From positions 17,612 through 81,611 of the forward strand of contig MU619247.1 of the NCBI GenBank assembly GCA_025201805.1: a DNA stretch of 64,000 bases, read 5' to 3'. Both the position numbers and the translations under genes were made by a program. Below, piece after piece: positions 41,269 to 52,787 of the stretch. This DNA is from Parasitella parasitica NRRL 2501. Lineage: Eukaryota; Fungi; Mucoromycota. The notes beneath the pieces were generated by a model. The model ran no database searches. It saw only the letters and a program-made list of their open reading frames with translations, and was not told where the DNA came from. How positions within the stretch are numbered: the stretch's first letter is position 1; every line of letters begins with the position of its first letter.

Positions 41269-42724
41269 ATCTTTTAAAAAACGCACTCTTTTTATTAAAA
41301 CTGAAGAAAATGCCATGTTTCTTTTAACTTGTAAAGCTAGTTGAGTGTCGCGTTTGTATTATCAGCCGTGTTGATTGATGATGAAAGAACTGATGTCCTT
41401 TTAGTGAAGCATTTGGCGTTTTGGGTCCAAAGCCTGTTGTGGCGAGCAAGCATAAGAGTCATTTGGCATATAGCCACTGAGCATTTTAATTCAAAAAGCC
41501 TTGCGCAACAAATGAACAATGTAACGAAATGTAAAATCTACGCGACTAGACCAGCATCTTGAGCTTGTTAAACAACCTAGATCCACATAAGAACGCTGTG
41601 AAACTTGAGAAACAGCTTGGTCTTCTAGTCACTCGAATGTAAACAATCACACTACAAAAGCCCAGACCTGGGTACAAGATACAATGGCAAGTGGTATGTT
41701 GCAGGCATCAAAGATTTGTCAATGTGCCACTAAAGTGGCATAAACAACAGCTGCTTTAAAGAGCGACTCAAACAAAGGACTATGCTTGTTAAGCAAGCCA
41801 AGATTTAAGGTGAATATGACCATAAGGAACTGCTCCAACAAGTTAAATGCAGTCCTACGAATGGTCATCAGCGACATATATGATCTAATGTTCTTCTGAG
41901 AGCTTTTTGCATGCATTTCATCATGGATTTTGAAACTGATGGGGTGGACTGTGCGGTGTTGATTGGGCCAAACATATATTTTCGTAAGACTTTACGAATC
42001 AGGCAACCCCACAATGGTCAGTTGGAAGCCCAAGATACTTCTTTCTTTGAAGCAGACAGCAGCTTACTCCTTAAATGCATTTCTGGAATAGATACAGTCC
42101 CATTGACCAGTATCGCAAAACCCGTGTGCCTTCATAGAATGCTTGCATTTACAGTAAAAATTAGGCTTTTTATAAGACATTAAAGCATAATTCAGATAAA
42201 CATGGCAGCTTACATAACATATTGTTCATCTGCACAACGATTGTTCACAGTTGCACAAATTGTTGTCATAGAAATCGCGAGTCATGCCATCAGATTTTTT
42301 AATTTTAGCAATATGTATTGTATGTAACACGTATACAGTATTCTTTGATCTAAGATGCCATTTTTGCTAGCATCAACTACAGTATATGGAAATGCCTTTT
42401 TAAGCAGAGTTTAAACGATTTTCGCTGTGATGAAATTGGAACCCATTCCACGGCATGAGACTCAAATCAATTTTTTCTTGTTACACTGTCCAAATACACA
42501 AAGTACAATTCGTTGCATTGAAACAAAAGACAGATAGACAACTCCTAATGTATTCTAAATTTGTAAATGCTTTATTAAAGAGTATGTATTAAAAAGAGTA
42601 TGGGAAAAGGTATAATATGTGGTGTGCAGATAATGGGTCAATCATATCGTCAAATATTATGATAAAGTATAGTTTGACGAATATATGTGGATGCTGTTTA
42701 AAAACAGTAAGTAAATATTTTTGT

Positions 42725-43006
42725 CTAAGCACCAGTGTTGGTACAATCGTATCCAACTGGAATGACATTGCGTTGGCCACCGCAACTCATAGGATCATAG
42801 TAATAACCGACAACATCAGGACATTTTGTTGTGCGAGTAGGGTCGTTCATGTATTTTTCAGTACTAATAGAAGCCAAAAACGAATCAATAAAGGAGCGAG
42901 AGTTTGATGGAGCAATTGTGCTTGCTGTTGAAATACTGTCATCATTGCCTGACAATGTCTTTGTGGAGTTGGCTTTGCAGGATTTAAAGTGACTAAATAA
43001 ACCCAT
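42725..43006 (-). CDS. Small hypothetical protein, 93 aa
   Basis: ATG ORF preceded by a (CT)n leader and a TATAAA-like box (~43082) and followed by AATAAA (~42571). No recognisable domain. Confidence 0.55.
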   Translation of the reverse strand: MGLFSHFKSCKANSTKTLSGNDDSISTASTIAPSNSRSFIDSFLASISTEKYMNDPTRTTKCPDVVGYYYDPMSCGGQRNVIPVGYDCTNTGA

Positions 43007-44531
43007 TGTTATATATTGCAGAGAGAGAGAGAGAGAGAGAGAAGTAATTGAGTAATACCATCAACTCATTTGTGTGTTGTATTTATACAAAAACTGTATC
43101 GGCTTAAACAGTTAGCCGCTAAACGTCAATTCTATGATGAATCACTCGAATTTATTAATTGGCGGAATAAAAAGGGATCAGCTCCAAAACAGAAAATCCT
43201 ACTATTTGGGTATTTTTCTCATAGCTTTTTGGATTTTCTAGAATAAGTGATTTGTGTCATGAGGATGACCGACTTTGCTTATATATGAACGCGTCTATAA
43301 CTTGACAAAAACTGCATTCTTTTGCAATCATAAATGTATTCAGCACTTCTTATGGCAGTCGGATTGAAACGGGCAAATTATCTAAATCAAAAATGCAAAT
43401 CAAATCAAAATGTATTGAAACTCCAATAAAAGGGTCAAGCAGGATAACATTTTATCCGTAGCTTCTGGTAGTATGAAAAACAAGCCATGATATCTGTATA
43501 CTATTCATTATAAAATTATTTGAGAAAAAAAAATAAAAAATAAAAATAATAGTAATGAATTTTTGTGTATAATGTATATTTCAAGAATAACTGTATATAT
43601 ACACTACCTCTCAATTCAAATGGTTTTATTGTCGCTCTTACGTTCAAGTCGAGCTGTTCCAAGTGGAACGTTCTCCTCGGTTTGTCTTTGTTTGGAAATA
43701 CTCGCCTCTATTTTGAGCTTTACAAAATTCTTTACGTTACAACAGCTCCATTTATGATGCATATATTTGCAAACCATCAAGAAAACTTTATAAGCATGAA
43801 TAAACATTGGATTCTTGACTTGTTTTGCTTATTGCTGTTGAACCCGCAGTAGTAAGTCAATAATTAGGTTAACTGAGGGATGGCATTGTATATAAGTTTA
43901 GCCTGACCAATAGCAAGCAAAGGATAATTGATTTGGTATTAATGTCAAATAGTCAGGTTGTAAAGGCGATTTGCAATCATTTAATCTTATCCGTCCTATT
44001 TCTGATAAAGTTTTAGTCATTGTGGGTGGAAATGAAATTGTTTGTGATGAGATGAGTCTATTGTTTTTATAGCTACCTTTTGAAGTGAATGTTAGATATA
44101 ATGTAGAAAAATAATTAAGTACTCGGTATCGTGTTTATACCTAGTTGTGGCCATTAGACTAAGTTATCATCATATCTTGCTTTATGTCAAGGAAAATGGG
44201 CAGCCTTTGCTTCCATAAAGGGTTGACGAGACTAATGGCGAGGAGTAAACTTTGAATACAAACTTGATTTATTGTCTTGGCAACATTAAATAAGCTTCTC
44301 CCCAAAATGATTGCACATAATAAGGGATAGCCTGATTTTGCAGTATCATTATTATTACCTGCATAAATGATATGTTTCTGGAAGTCCAACGTATTGCATG
44401 TGCAGGTGGTGAGATGCATCGGCAACATTAATATCAATTTATTTTATAAATCAGAAATACCAAGAAATTGTTTTAATTTTTATTAGTGATAACTATAGAG
44501 AGAATAAATACAAAAATTGAGCAAGACAAGC

Positions 44532-46503
44532 TTATGCGGCCGGCGCACTATGCCCACATATAAAACCAGAGCACATTAGGTCATCATCACTCATTGCAGG
44601 CAATGTTCCAGGCGAGATTAGGCACACTCTCACCAGTAATCTTCTTAATCTTTCGTGTGAACTACGACAACCAGCTATATGCACAAAAAGAACGATAAGT
44701 ACATATACAATTATCGCATTTATAACCATTTAGATGCAAAAACTTACCCATTGCAGCCTTTTCAAACCATCTAGTTGCTTGTCGAAGATCTACAGCACAT
44801 CCTAGCCCCTTTTCATAGCAATTAGCCAAGTGGTAGTAGCCAGAAACATGATCGCTTTCGGCTGCTTTCTTGAATAGCTCAAACGCAGCATTCAAATCCT
44901 TCTCAACACCAAGTCCGCTTTGTAAATGAAGTCCTAATTTGTCTTGAGCTCTTGCATGATTTTGAGCACTAGCTTTGCGATACCACAACACAGCTTTAGC
45001 ATCATCTTTTGGTACACCAATGCCATTTGCATAACAGAATCCCAAATTACACTGAGCCCATGGGTTATTCTGACGGGCAGATTTGTGATACCAAAAACAA
45101 GCTCTTTGACAATCCTTCTTGACACCCAATCCTTCTTCATAGCAGAATCCAAGTGAATTCTGCGCAAGTGCATTACCTTGTTCAGCCGATAATCTAAACC
45201 ATTTACACGCTTCACTCTCATTCTTGGGCACACCAATACCATTGCGATAGCAATAACCTAATGACAACTGTGCGGGTGCATGATTTTCCTCAGCTGAAAG
45301 ATAGTACCAGAATACGCTTTCTTGCTCGTTTACTTCAACACCGATTCCGTTCTGGTAGCAATAGCCTAATGAATGGTAGGCAAATATATTTCCTCTTTCT
45401 GCTGATCTCCTATACCACTTCACGCTTTCAGCCTCATCTTTATCTACGCCAATCCCGTTTTGATAACAAAAACCAAGATTATGCTGAGCTCGTGCATGCC
45501 CTTGAAGTGCAGCTTTTCTATACCACATTGCACCTAATGAATCGTCTTTATCCACACCAATACCATTTTGATAACAATAGCCAAGATTACACTCAGCCCA
45601 TGGATATCCTTGCTCTGCAGAGAGCTTATACCACTGCGTTGCCTTGACAAAGTCTTGAGGCACGCCAATGCCATCTTCGTAACAATATCCTAGTGAATTT
45701 TGCGCAAATGCATTTCCTTGTCCGGCAGCGAGCTGATAGTGTTTAACTGCTTCATGTACATTCTTTGCCACACCGATACCGTCTTCGTAACAATAGCCGA
45801 CATTATAAATAGCCACAGTTTCGCCCTGTGCGGCAGCTAATCGGTAATAGCGCATTGCTTCTAACTCGTCCTTGGCAACACCAAAGCCTTCGCCATAACA
45901 GTAGCCTAAAATACCTTGACCGCGAGCATTTCCTTGGTCAGCACTCGACTTATACCATCGAAATGCAGCAAACTCATCTTTAGGCATGCCTACACCGTCA
46001 TGATAACAGACACCTAATGTATATTGAGCAGATGGATCGTTGTCGATAGTGGCAGCATGTATTATCCAATCAACAGCATTGGGACATAGCTTTACTTTTT
46101 CAGCCCATTCTTCTGCTTCTACTCTATCGATTTTAACAGAAGGCCGACCATATTTTCGTAAAAAGGCAAGACGAGCCATGGATAGACCATCATTTGATTT
46201 TTTAGCGGCTGACAGGTAGTGTTTCTCGGCCTGGACAAAATCTTTTGGCACACCAAGACCGAATTCGTAACAAAATCCCAATGCACCTTCAGATTTGACA
46301 TGGTTGTATATGTTGATTGCTTTTCTATAATAATAAACAGCAGTGATTGGATCGACCTGATGACCTTTTCTACCGAATAAATGGCTGTTTGCTTTGTCAA
46401 AATAATGCTGACCGTCGAATAGCAAGGTAGATGTTGTTTCTGATGGCATGTTGTTTTTGAATAAAGCTTGCTTGGATCGATTCAATATGTTTGAAAAGGA
46501 CAT
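44532..46503 (-). CDS. Sel1-like repeat (SLR) protein, 13 canonical plus about 2 divergent repeats
   Basis: 36-aa repeats AQxxLGxCYxxGxGVxKDxxxAxxWYxxSAxQG. One intron at about 44669-44747; last exon ends CGHSAPAA. Confidence 0.92.
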
Positions 46504-46750
46504 GTTTCTTTTGGATGAAAAAAGAAGAGAAGAAGAACAAGAGCAAGGTTATAAATTGATCATCTTTAAATAATAATGAAAAAGGGGTAGCTTTTATTGT
46601 AAAAGGGTTGGTCCAAACATTTGAGTGTCACCTACCAATAATCCTCATCTTTTTTATTCTTTTTTTCTCTTTTTGCCCCTCCTATTTTTTTTTTTTTTAA
46701 TACAACCCCCCCCCCTCCCTCCTTTCTTAAATATTCACGTTTTCCTCCTT

Positions 46751-47754
46751 ATGAAAAATATTCACGATATCCTAAAAAGTTTTTACAAATCTGTAAGCGA
46801 TTTCAAGCTTAATTCATTAGCTAAAGGTGAAAAGTTTAATTGTTTTATGTCTGCACATGTAATTAACGTCGGATGTAAAGCCATCATTTGTGTAGCCATG
46901 GGAATCAGGTAATCATAGAAAAAATTACACGATTACCATATAAACTAAGCTCTATATCAGGGCGTCCCATTTAGTGGATATCGCTTATTTAGACCTGCAA
47001 AAAGCAACACTATTATTGAACAGCTTAAGAAAGGTACAAGCTGGACAAAATTTGACGTTTTATTGATGTTCCCGAAAATAACATGTATAGATTCCTACTT
47101 TTCAATCACTGGTACTAGTGCAATTCAAAGATAGATTTACCTTTTTATGTAACAAGTACCGAATGAAGCAACACCTGGAATCAACGTTGAGAGAACCGAC
47201 AAAATGGACCTACATCTCAGTCGAAGGAATTGAACCTGTCAAAGTAAAATAGATATCCCTCTCTCATAGCCGCATGTGTAACAGAAATCCCCTTATTCTC
47301 TTTCTCGTTGTAGACGGATCCTCCTATGCACCTCATCGTCTTTTTGCAGGAAAAGCTCCTTCCTTTTATAAATTCATGCCAACTCGTCTACTATTCTAGC
47401 ATTTTACCAACATTTCTAGTCGCTTTCACAGGTTGGGCCCTTGAATACCCTGTCATTTACACAACACATTTAATCACGGATGATCCCGAGGATGAATTAG
47501 ATGAATGGGAGGCAAGATCAAATTGTCTTGGCAGTCGAGCACTCAATCTCACTCAAATTTGGATATCTGATCATATGCTTCTAAGCTTTACTTATCTTCT
47601 TCTTACCGACAAGCAGCAGCAAGACATGGAGAACCAATTGAAGTCTTTATTTAACAATCGATTGGATGAAATTCGTCATAAACCTAATTGGATGACGGAT
47701 AGTAGTGTAAAATTAAGGAGAGATCAAGTCAAATTGGATAGATTTGCCTTGTAG
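46751..47754 (+). CDS. DUF4504 / C1orf74-like (UPF0739) protein, multi-exon
   Basis: Spliced VAMGIR-ASHLVD near the N-terminus and LVAFTGWALEYPVIY, NCLG and LLSFTY in the last exon resemble DUF4504. Canonical GT-AG introns. Confidence 0.55.
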
Positions 47755-49209
47755 TGTTGTTATACGTTTTCACATATTGTGTATCGTTTGGGTCGATTTC
47801 TCTTTGGGCATGACCATGCAATGTGCTTAGTGTCTACACAATACGAGCAAGCTGAATCAGTTTGGTTATGCATTGCTGCCCCCCCCCCCTCACTATTGAT
47901 ATCGAATGGATAGCTATTCTTATGTTGGATTAAAATAAATTATGGAAAGAAGAAAAAAAATATACCTTCTTGTTTCTGATAATTAGTTCAGCAAAATGCG
48001 ACGATGTTGATCAGTAAGGGAAACCCACAAAACAATTATTTGTACAAATCTTGCGGTTTAAGGCTCGACTTTTTTTTCCCTTTGTTAACAGAATGTCTTT
48101 TTGAACGCAAATCAATTTAAATCCCTAGAAAAGCAATGTAATTGAGATCCGGAAGTTGCATTTTTCTCCATTTTTCATTCGCATAAACTACATAAAAAAA
48201 CGAGAAAGAAAAGCCGTGTTACACTTTTCCTTTTCAAGAAGGTATGCATGGTTGTTGTACAATAATAAAATTGCATGAGAAAGTCACTCTCTACATTTTG
48301 TGCATACTTGGATATTTGGCAAGCAGCCGTTCAATTCTCGCCATTCTTTAATAAACGGCGCCGCCCTACTTAATTCAGGAAATACCTCCAAATAAATTTT
48401 TGTTTTAGGATCTTGGCCTCGCTTTGGTGAACCCTTACTAGTAGATTAGTGCAAAGTAAAAAGAAGATACGAATTGTAGTGTCTATAGGATTTGATTTAT
48501 AATAATTAGAGCAAAAATAAACTCGAAGACTACGCAAAATTGACAGCGTAAATCTTCTCGTAAAGTTATTATATCTATATAGTATATATGATCAGTAGCC
48601 CTCACCCAATAATTTTTGTAGCAGGGATGAGAAATGGCATTTGTCCAAATAGCATGTCGTGCGCAAATCTATGGAAGAATAGTAGCGTCGTAGGCGAGTA
48701 TAGCAAACGACGTTGGTGGGTATGGACTAGATTAAGATATCGCAATTATTGGTTCACTTTACACCCAAAATCAAAGTTATTTGGTTTATTGTAAAAATAG
48801 GCTTACTTTGACACAACATCCTTCATAACTAATCATAGTCAATTCCGTGCCGATAATCCAATTTTGTTACACTCACTTTAATTAGCATTATTATTCCATA
48901 CCATTTTTGTCTAAGTGTGATACCTCTAACCAAAGCATTCAGCAAAAAACAGTGATTTCATTGTAAAAAGGTTAATTTAGCACAATACTCTTCATATAAA
49001 AATTACATATAAATGCATATACGTTTAGATACCGAGCAACATAAAGCTTATTCAAAGTTTGATTAATACAGACATGATCATCGCTTTCAGAGTATAATTT
49101 GGTTTCCACTGGGCGATATGAAAACGCTACTAATAACCAATAACGACGATACAATTGTCAGCTAGTAAAAGATACTTTAATAAAACTCAATAAAATCATT
49201 AGTAGCAGC

Positions 49210-49745
49210 AAAGACAGTTATCCTAAGATTTTTACCACCACTATATTTCAGTCAAAAATAGCCACTTCTGTACGGTATTACGTGCTGATCAAGAGATTGG
49301 AAATAGGTTATAGTTATGACAAGGTCCGTAGGTTGATTCTTGAGTTCTAGGCTGAAGTTTTCACCTACTTTAAGCAAAAGGTTGGAAGTCGTAGACAAGC
49401 TGATTTTCGTGGTGCTGTCATTATCGCAAAGAAATTGGTGATGAGGGTGCGCTAATGATGGATGCTTACCAAGTTTGGGATGTTTAAGAAGATATTGATT
49501 GGATGCAAGAGCTTTTACCTTTCAAATCTATTTTCATTGAAGAACCTACTTTCCCTGAAGATGTGCTCGATCATGCTCTTATTCCCAAAGCTCTCTATTC
49601 TCGTACAAAGGTCGCCACTGGTGAGCACATTCAAAAACGTATCATTTTCAAGCAGCTATTCCAAGCTCAAGTTATCGATTTCTGCCAAAATCAATTTGCG
49701 TCGTGTTGCTGGTGTAAATGAAGTTTTTGCTATTTTATTTCTTGA
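49210..49745 (+). pseudogene. L-fuconate/L-galactonate dehydratase (ENOSF1/rTS, enolase superfamily) pseudogene fragment
   Basis: GYSYDK..FKQKVG..LMMDAYQVWDV*..WMQEL..FIEEPTFPEDVLDH..VATGEHIQKRIIFKQLFQ..FCQ/INLRRVAGVNE. In-frame TAG and TAA (49485) plus two frameshifts. Confidence 0.88.
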
Positions 49746-50160
49746 TTGTGCTATAAGCAGTATCACTTCCAGATACTCAACATGTTATTCTTGGTTAACT
49801 TCTATCGCAGCTTTGGGATGCCAAATCACCATTCTTCCATGCAATAGCCTTTTAGTAAAACTCTTTTATAAACTGCTTAAAAGATATTGAAAAATAACCT
49901 TAGACGATAAAAAATATCCTGTAGAAAATTTACTATAGTAAATATGTACAAAAATAATCAATTAATAGTATAAAGACACCAGTATTCAATGCATTAGCTA
50001 CATTCTCATGTCAAATAACAGAAGAGTATATCCAATGATATCACTTTATTTTGTCAAAATCTGAATTTTAATTATTTTAAATGGGAGACCTCCAAGCTGG
50101 TTTCCAAGGCAAGTTTCCCAGTATAGTTTTTTTTATTTTTATTTAAGAAAAAAAAAGTCT

Positions 50161-50798
50161 TTTACAAATTACATGGCAGGTATAAGAATAACAATCAACT
50201 GTTCCAGAGCATAGCGTCTTTCGGATACGCTCTTCATGGTGTATTAAATGCAGGCTGGCAACGGTCCTTCTTGGGTGATTCCAAGAAGAGAACACTTCAT
50301 TTAGACAGTGCCTTTTGTATATGGCAAAGGCGGTTAATCTGCTTCTTTTCCGTGTATATTAAGGCAAGGTTGTTATCTTTATATCCCGTTGATGAAGGCA
50401 CAAAGCAATTATAGAAGGTATGGCAGATGATACATTTCTTTTGACAATAGACATCTTACATGTTTACTATTTTTACAAATTACATGGCAGGTATAAGAAT
50501 AACAATCAACTGTTCCAGAGCATAGCGTCTTTCGGATACGCTCTTCATGGTGTATTAAATGCAGGCTGGCAACGGTCCTTCTTGGGTGATTCCAAGAAGA
50601 GAACACTTCATTTAGACAGTGCCTTTTGTATATGGCAAAGGCGGTTAATCTGCTTCTTTTCCGTGTATATTAAGGCAAGGTTGTTATCTTTATATCCCGT
50701 TGATGAAGACACAAAGCAATTATAGAAGGTATGGCAGATGGTACATTTCTTTTGACAATAGACATCTTACATGTTTGCTACTTTTACAAAATACATGG
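50161..50798. repeat. Near-identical 311-bp tandem duplication (2 copies plus the start of a third)
   Basis: TTTACAAA(T/A)TACATGG starts at 50161, 50472 and 50783. The copies differ at only a few positions. Confidence 0.95.
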
Positions 50799-51626
50799 AA
50801 GGGATTAGAGTAGCCATCAACTATTCCATAGTGTTTTAGCACAAGTCTGTCCCACCTAATATCATTGCCCAAAAGCACCGAAATGGAGGAAGCAATGGAC
50901 TCCTTGACTGAAACATTTCAAAAGGTAACCATTGCTCCTCCTCAAAAGTATAAAAAGTACGGCCAAGATCAGATCGAACGATTTATTCGGTTGATTCAAG
51001 AAGAGGGACGTACAGTACCGAAATCAGCTGAACATTGGGGTTATTCTTCACAGCAGTGCGCACAAGCTTTTAAACGAGTTCAATGCTGGCTGTGGATCAG
51101 TACTGTCAGGTAGAGTCCAAAAACAAGCCAAGCGTTCCCCAAACAAGCTTTCCCCAGAGCATACAGCATTTTTGATCGACTTATTGACACGAATCCTTCA
51201 ATCACTCTTGAGGAAGCTAAACAGAATTTAAGTGAGCATTTTGATGGTCTCCAAGTGTCTCTGTCCGGTTTTTTTTTAAATCCGATTGAAGAATGTTGGT
51301 CCAAAGTCAAGAAAAATATCAGAAGAAATCCTCTTAATAAATCTGACATGCTTACACCACGTATTGCAGAAGTTTGTAAGTAGGTCACTAGTGCTGACTG
51401 TAATGACTGGATAAAACATGCTGAAACCTATTGGGAAAGGTGTCTTCAAAAGGAACTTGGCTTGAAATAACCAACATCTCAAAAAGCACCTAACAAACAG
51501 TAACAAAATACATAAAACAATAGAACAAATCGTCTCAAAAAAAGTTACAAATCGTCTAAAAAAAAAAATTATGAAATTGTCTAAAAAAAATTGTAAATCG
51601 TCTCGATTTCAAGTGAAAATACTGTA
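50795..51626 (+). mobile_element. Internally deleted Tc1/mariner (IS630-like) DNA transposon remnant
   Basis: HTH-like YKKYGQDQIERFIRLIQEEGRTVPKSA and LIDTNPSITLEEAKQNL..GLQVSLS, joined directly to DDE C-terminal LNPIEECWSKVKKNIRR..WIKHAETYWERCL. Right end ACTG-TA (reverse complement TA-CAGT) with 4 subterminal AAAT(C/T)GTCT repeats at 51527-51603. Confidence 0.85.
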
Positions 51627-52048
51627 GCTATAATATATAAAATATGGCATTCAAGTTTTGTGTAATGATGCTTTTTTGTACGTCATTGATGCGTCCATGC
51701 CATACTTTCTTTGTAATACTAACTTGGCTGTTGAATTAGTTTACTCACTCATTCAAATGCTCTCACCAGACATGACTTTCTTTTGACTCATAAATTATGT
51801 ATGAACAAGAAGGCTTTGAATCTTAAGAAAGGTCGTTAGTTTATTTCAATCATATCGAGAAATCAGATTGAAGGCAATGTTCAGTCTAGTAAATTAGCAA
51901 AACCCTGACTCAGCAGAGCTATAAATACTGGGATTTGCCTCATTGGCCTATGCCAAACCTAGTGACTTTGCTGATACCATATAAAGTTGATTGAATCCAT
52001 AGACATATGAAGCACTTCTTTCCGTTATTTTAAACAAAACATACGAAA

Positions 52049-52748
52049 ATGAGCAATTTTCCTACAGGCTGGTTCTATATTCAATCAAAATGCTCGCATA
52101 AAATGGTACTTGATGTCAGCGCGGATTCTTTAAAGGTAAGTATTATTTCAGGCAGTATACTTTTTGTATTAAATATCGGTTAAAAGGCAGCGGCAAAAAT
52201 CGTGGTATATCCCAAGAAAGCAAAAGACATCGACAACCAATTATGGATGTATGATAATGGCTACATAATAAACAAGAACTCTGGCATGGGTAAAGGTGTA
52301 GGGTTCTGACAGCCTTGGTTGCAATGCTAAAGTTTTCTCTCCATCTCAAACAGTTCTGGATGTGCAGGGTGGTCCTTTGGAAAGTGATAAACAAATTATT
52401 CAATACAAGCGTAAAATGGTCGAAGATGCGGAAAATCAAAGGTGGTATTATCGCGAAGATGGTGTCATATATCCACAGACAAATCCAAATCTTGTCCTTG
52501 ATATCAGAGTAAGTGTCGGCTCTATGTAAAAGATGGTATAAATACTTAATCCATCAAAACAGGGTAATTGGACAAAACCAGGCACAGTCGTGTTGCTTTA
52601 CGATAGAAAATACGTGGATAATGAGAATCAATTATGGGATTTAGTGCCTTGTGATCAACCCAGTGGTTCAAGTGTCCTGAGTTCATATAAATCTTCAGAA
52701 GACGAAGATGATGATTATGCTTTTAGCTCAGCAAGTTATGCTTTGTAA
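52049..52748 (+). CDS. Ricin B-type (beta-trefoil) lectin, mucoricin-like, 176 aa; exons 52049-52135, 52187-52289, 52354-52508, 52563-52748
   Basis: Spliced translation MSNFPTGWFYIQSKCSHKMVLDVSADSLKAAAKIVVYPKKAKDIDNQLWMYDNGYIINKNSGMVLDVQGGPLESDKQIIQYKRKMVEDAENQRWYYREDGVIYPQTNPNLVLDIRGNWTKPGTVVLLYDRKYVDNENQLWDLVP.. shows three VLD..NQxW repeats. All introns are GT-AG and the frame is intact. Confidence 0.92.
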
Positions 52749-52787
52749 CAAGGGAAATAAATTTAGTGTAATATATGCATACGAGAT

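Noticed and set aside
51527-51603. Short spaced repeats resembling a mini CRISPR array
   Set aside because: Spacers are A-runs of about 15 nt, the context is eukaryotic and there are no cas genes. These are transposon subterminal repeats.
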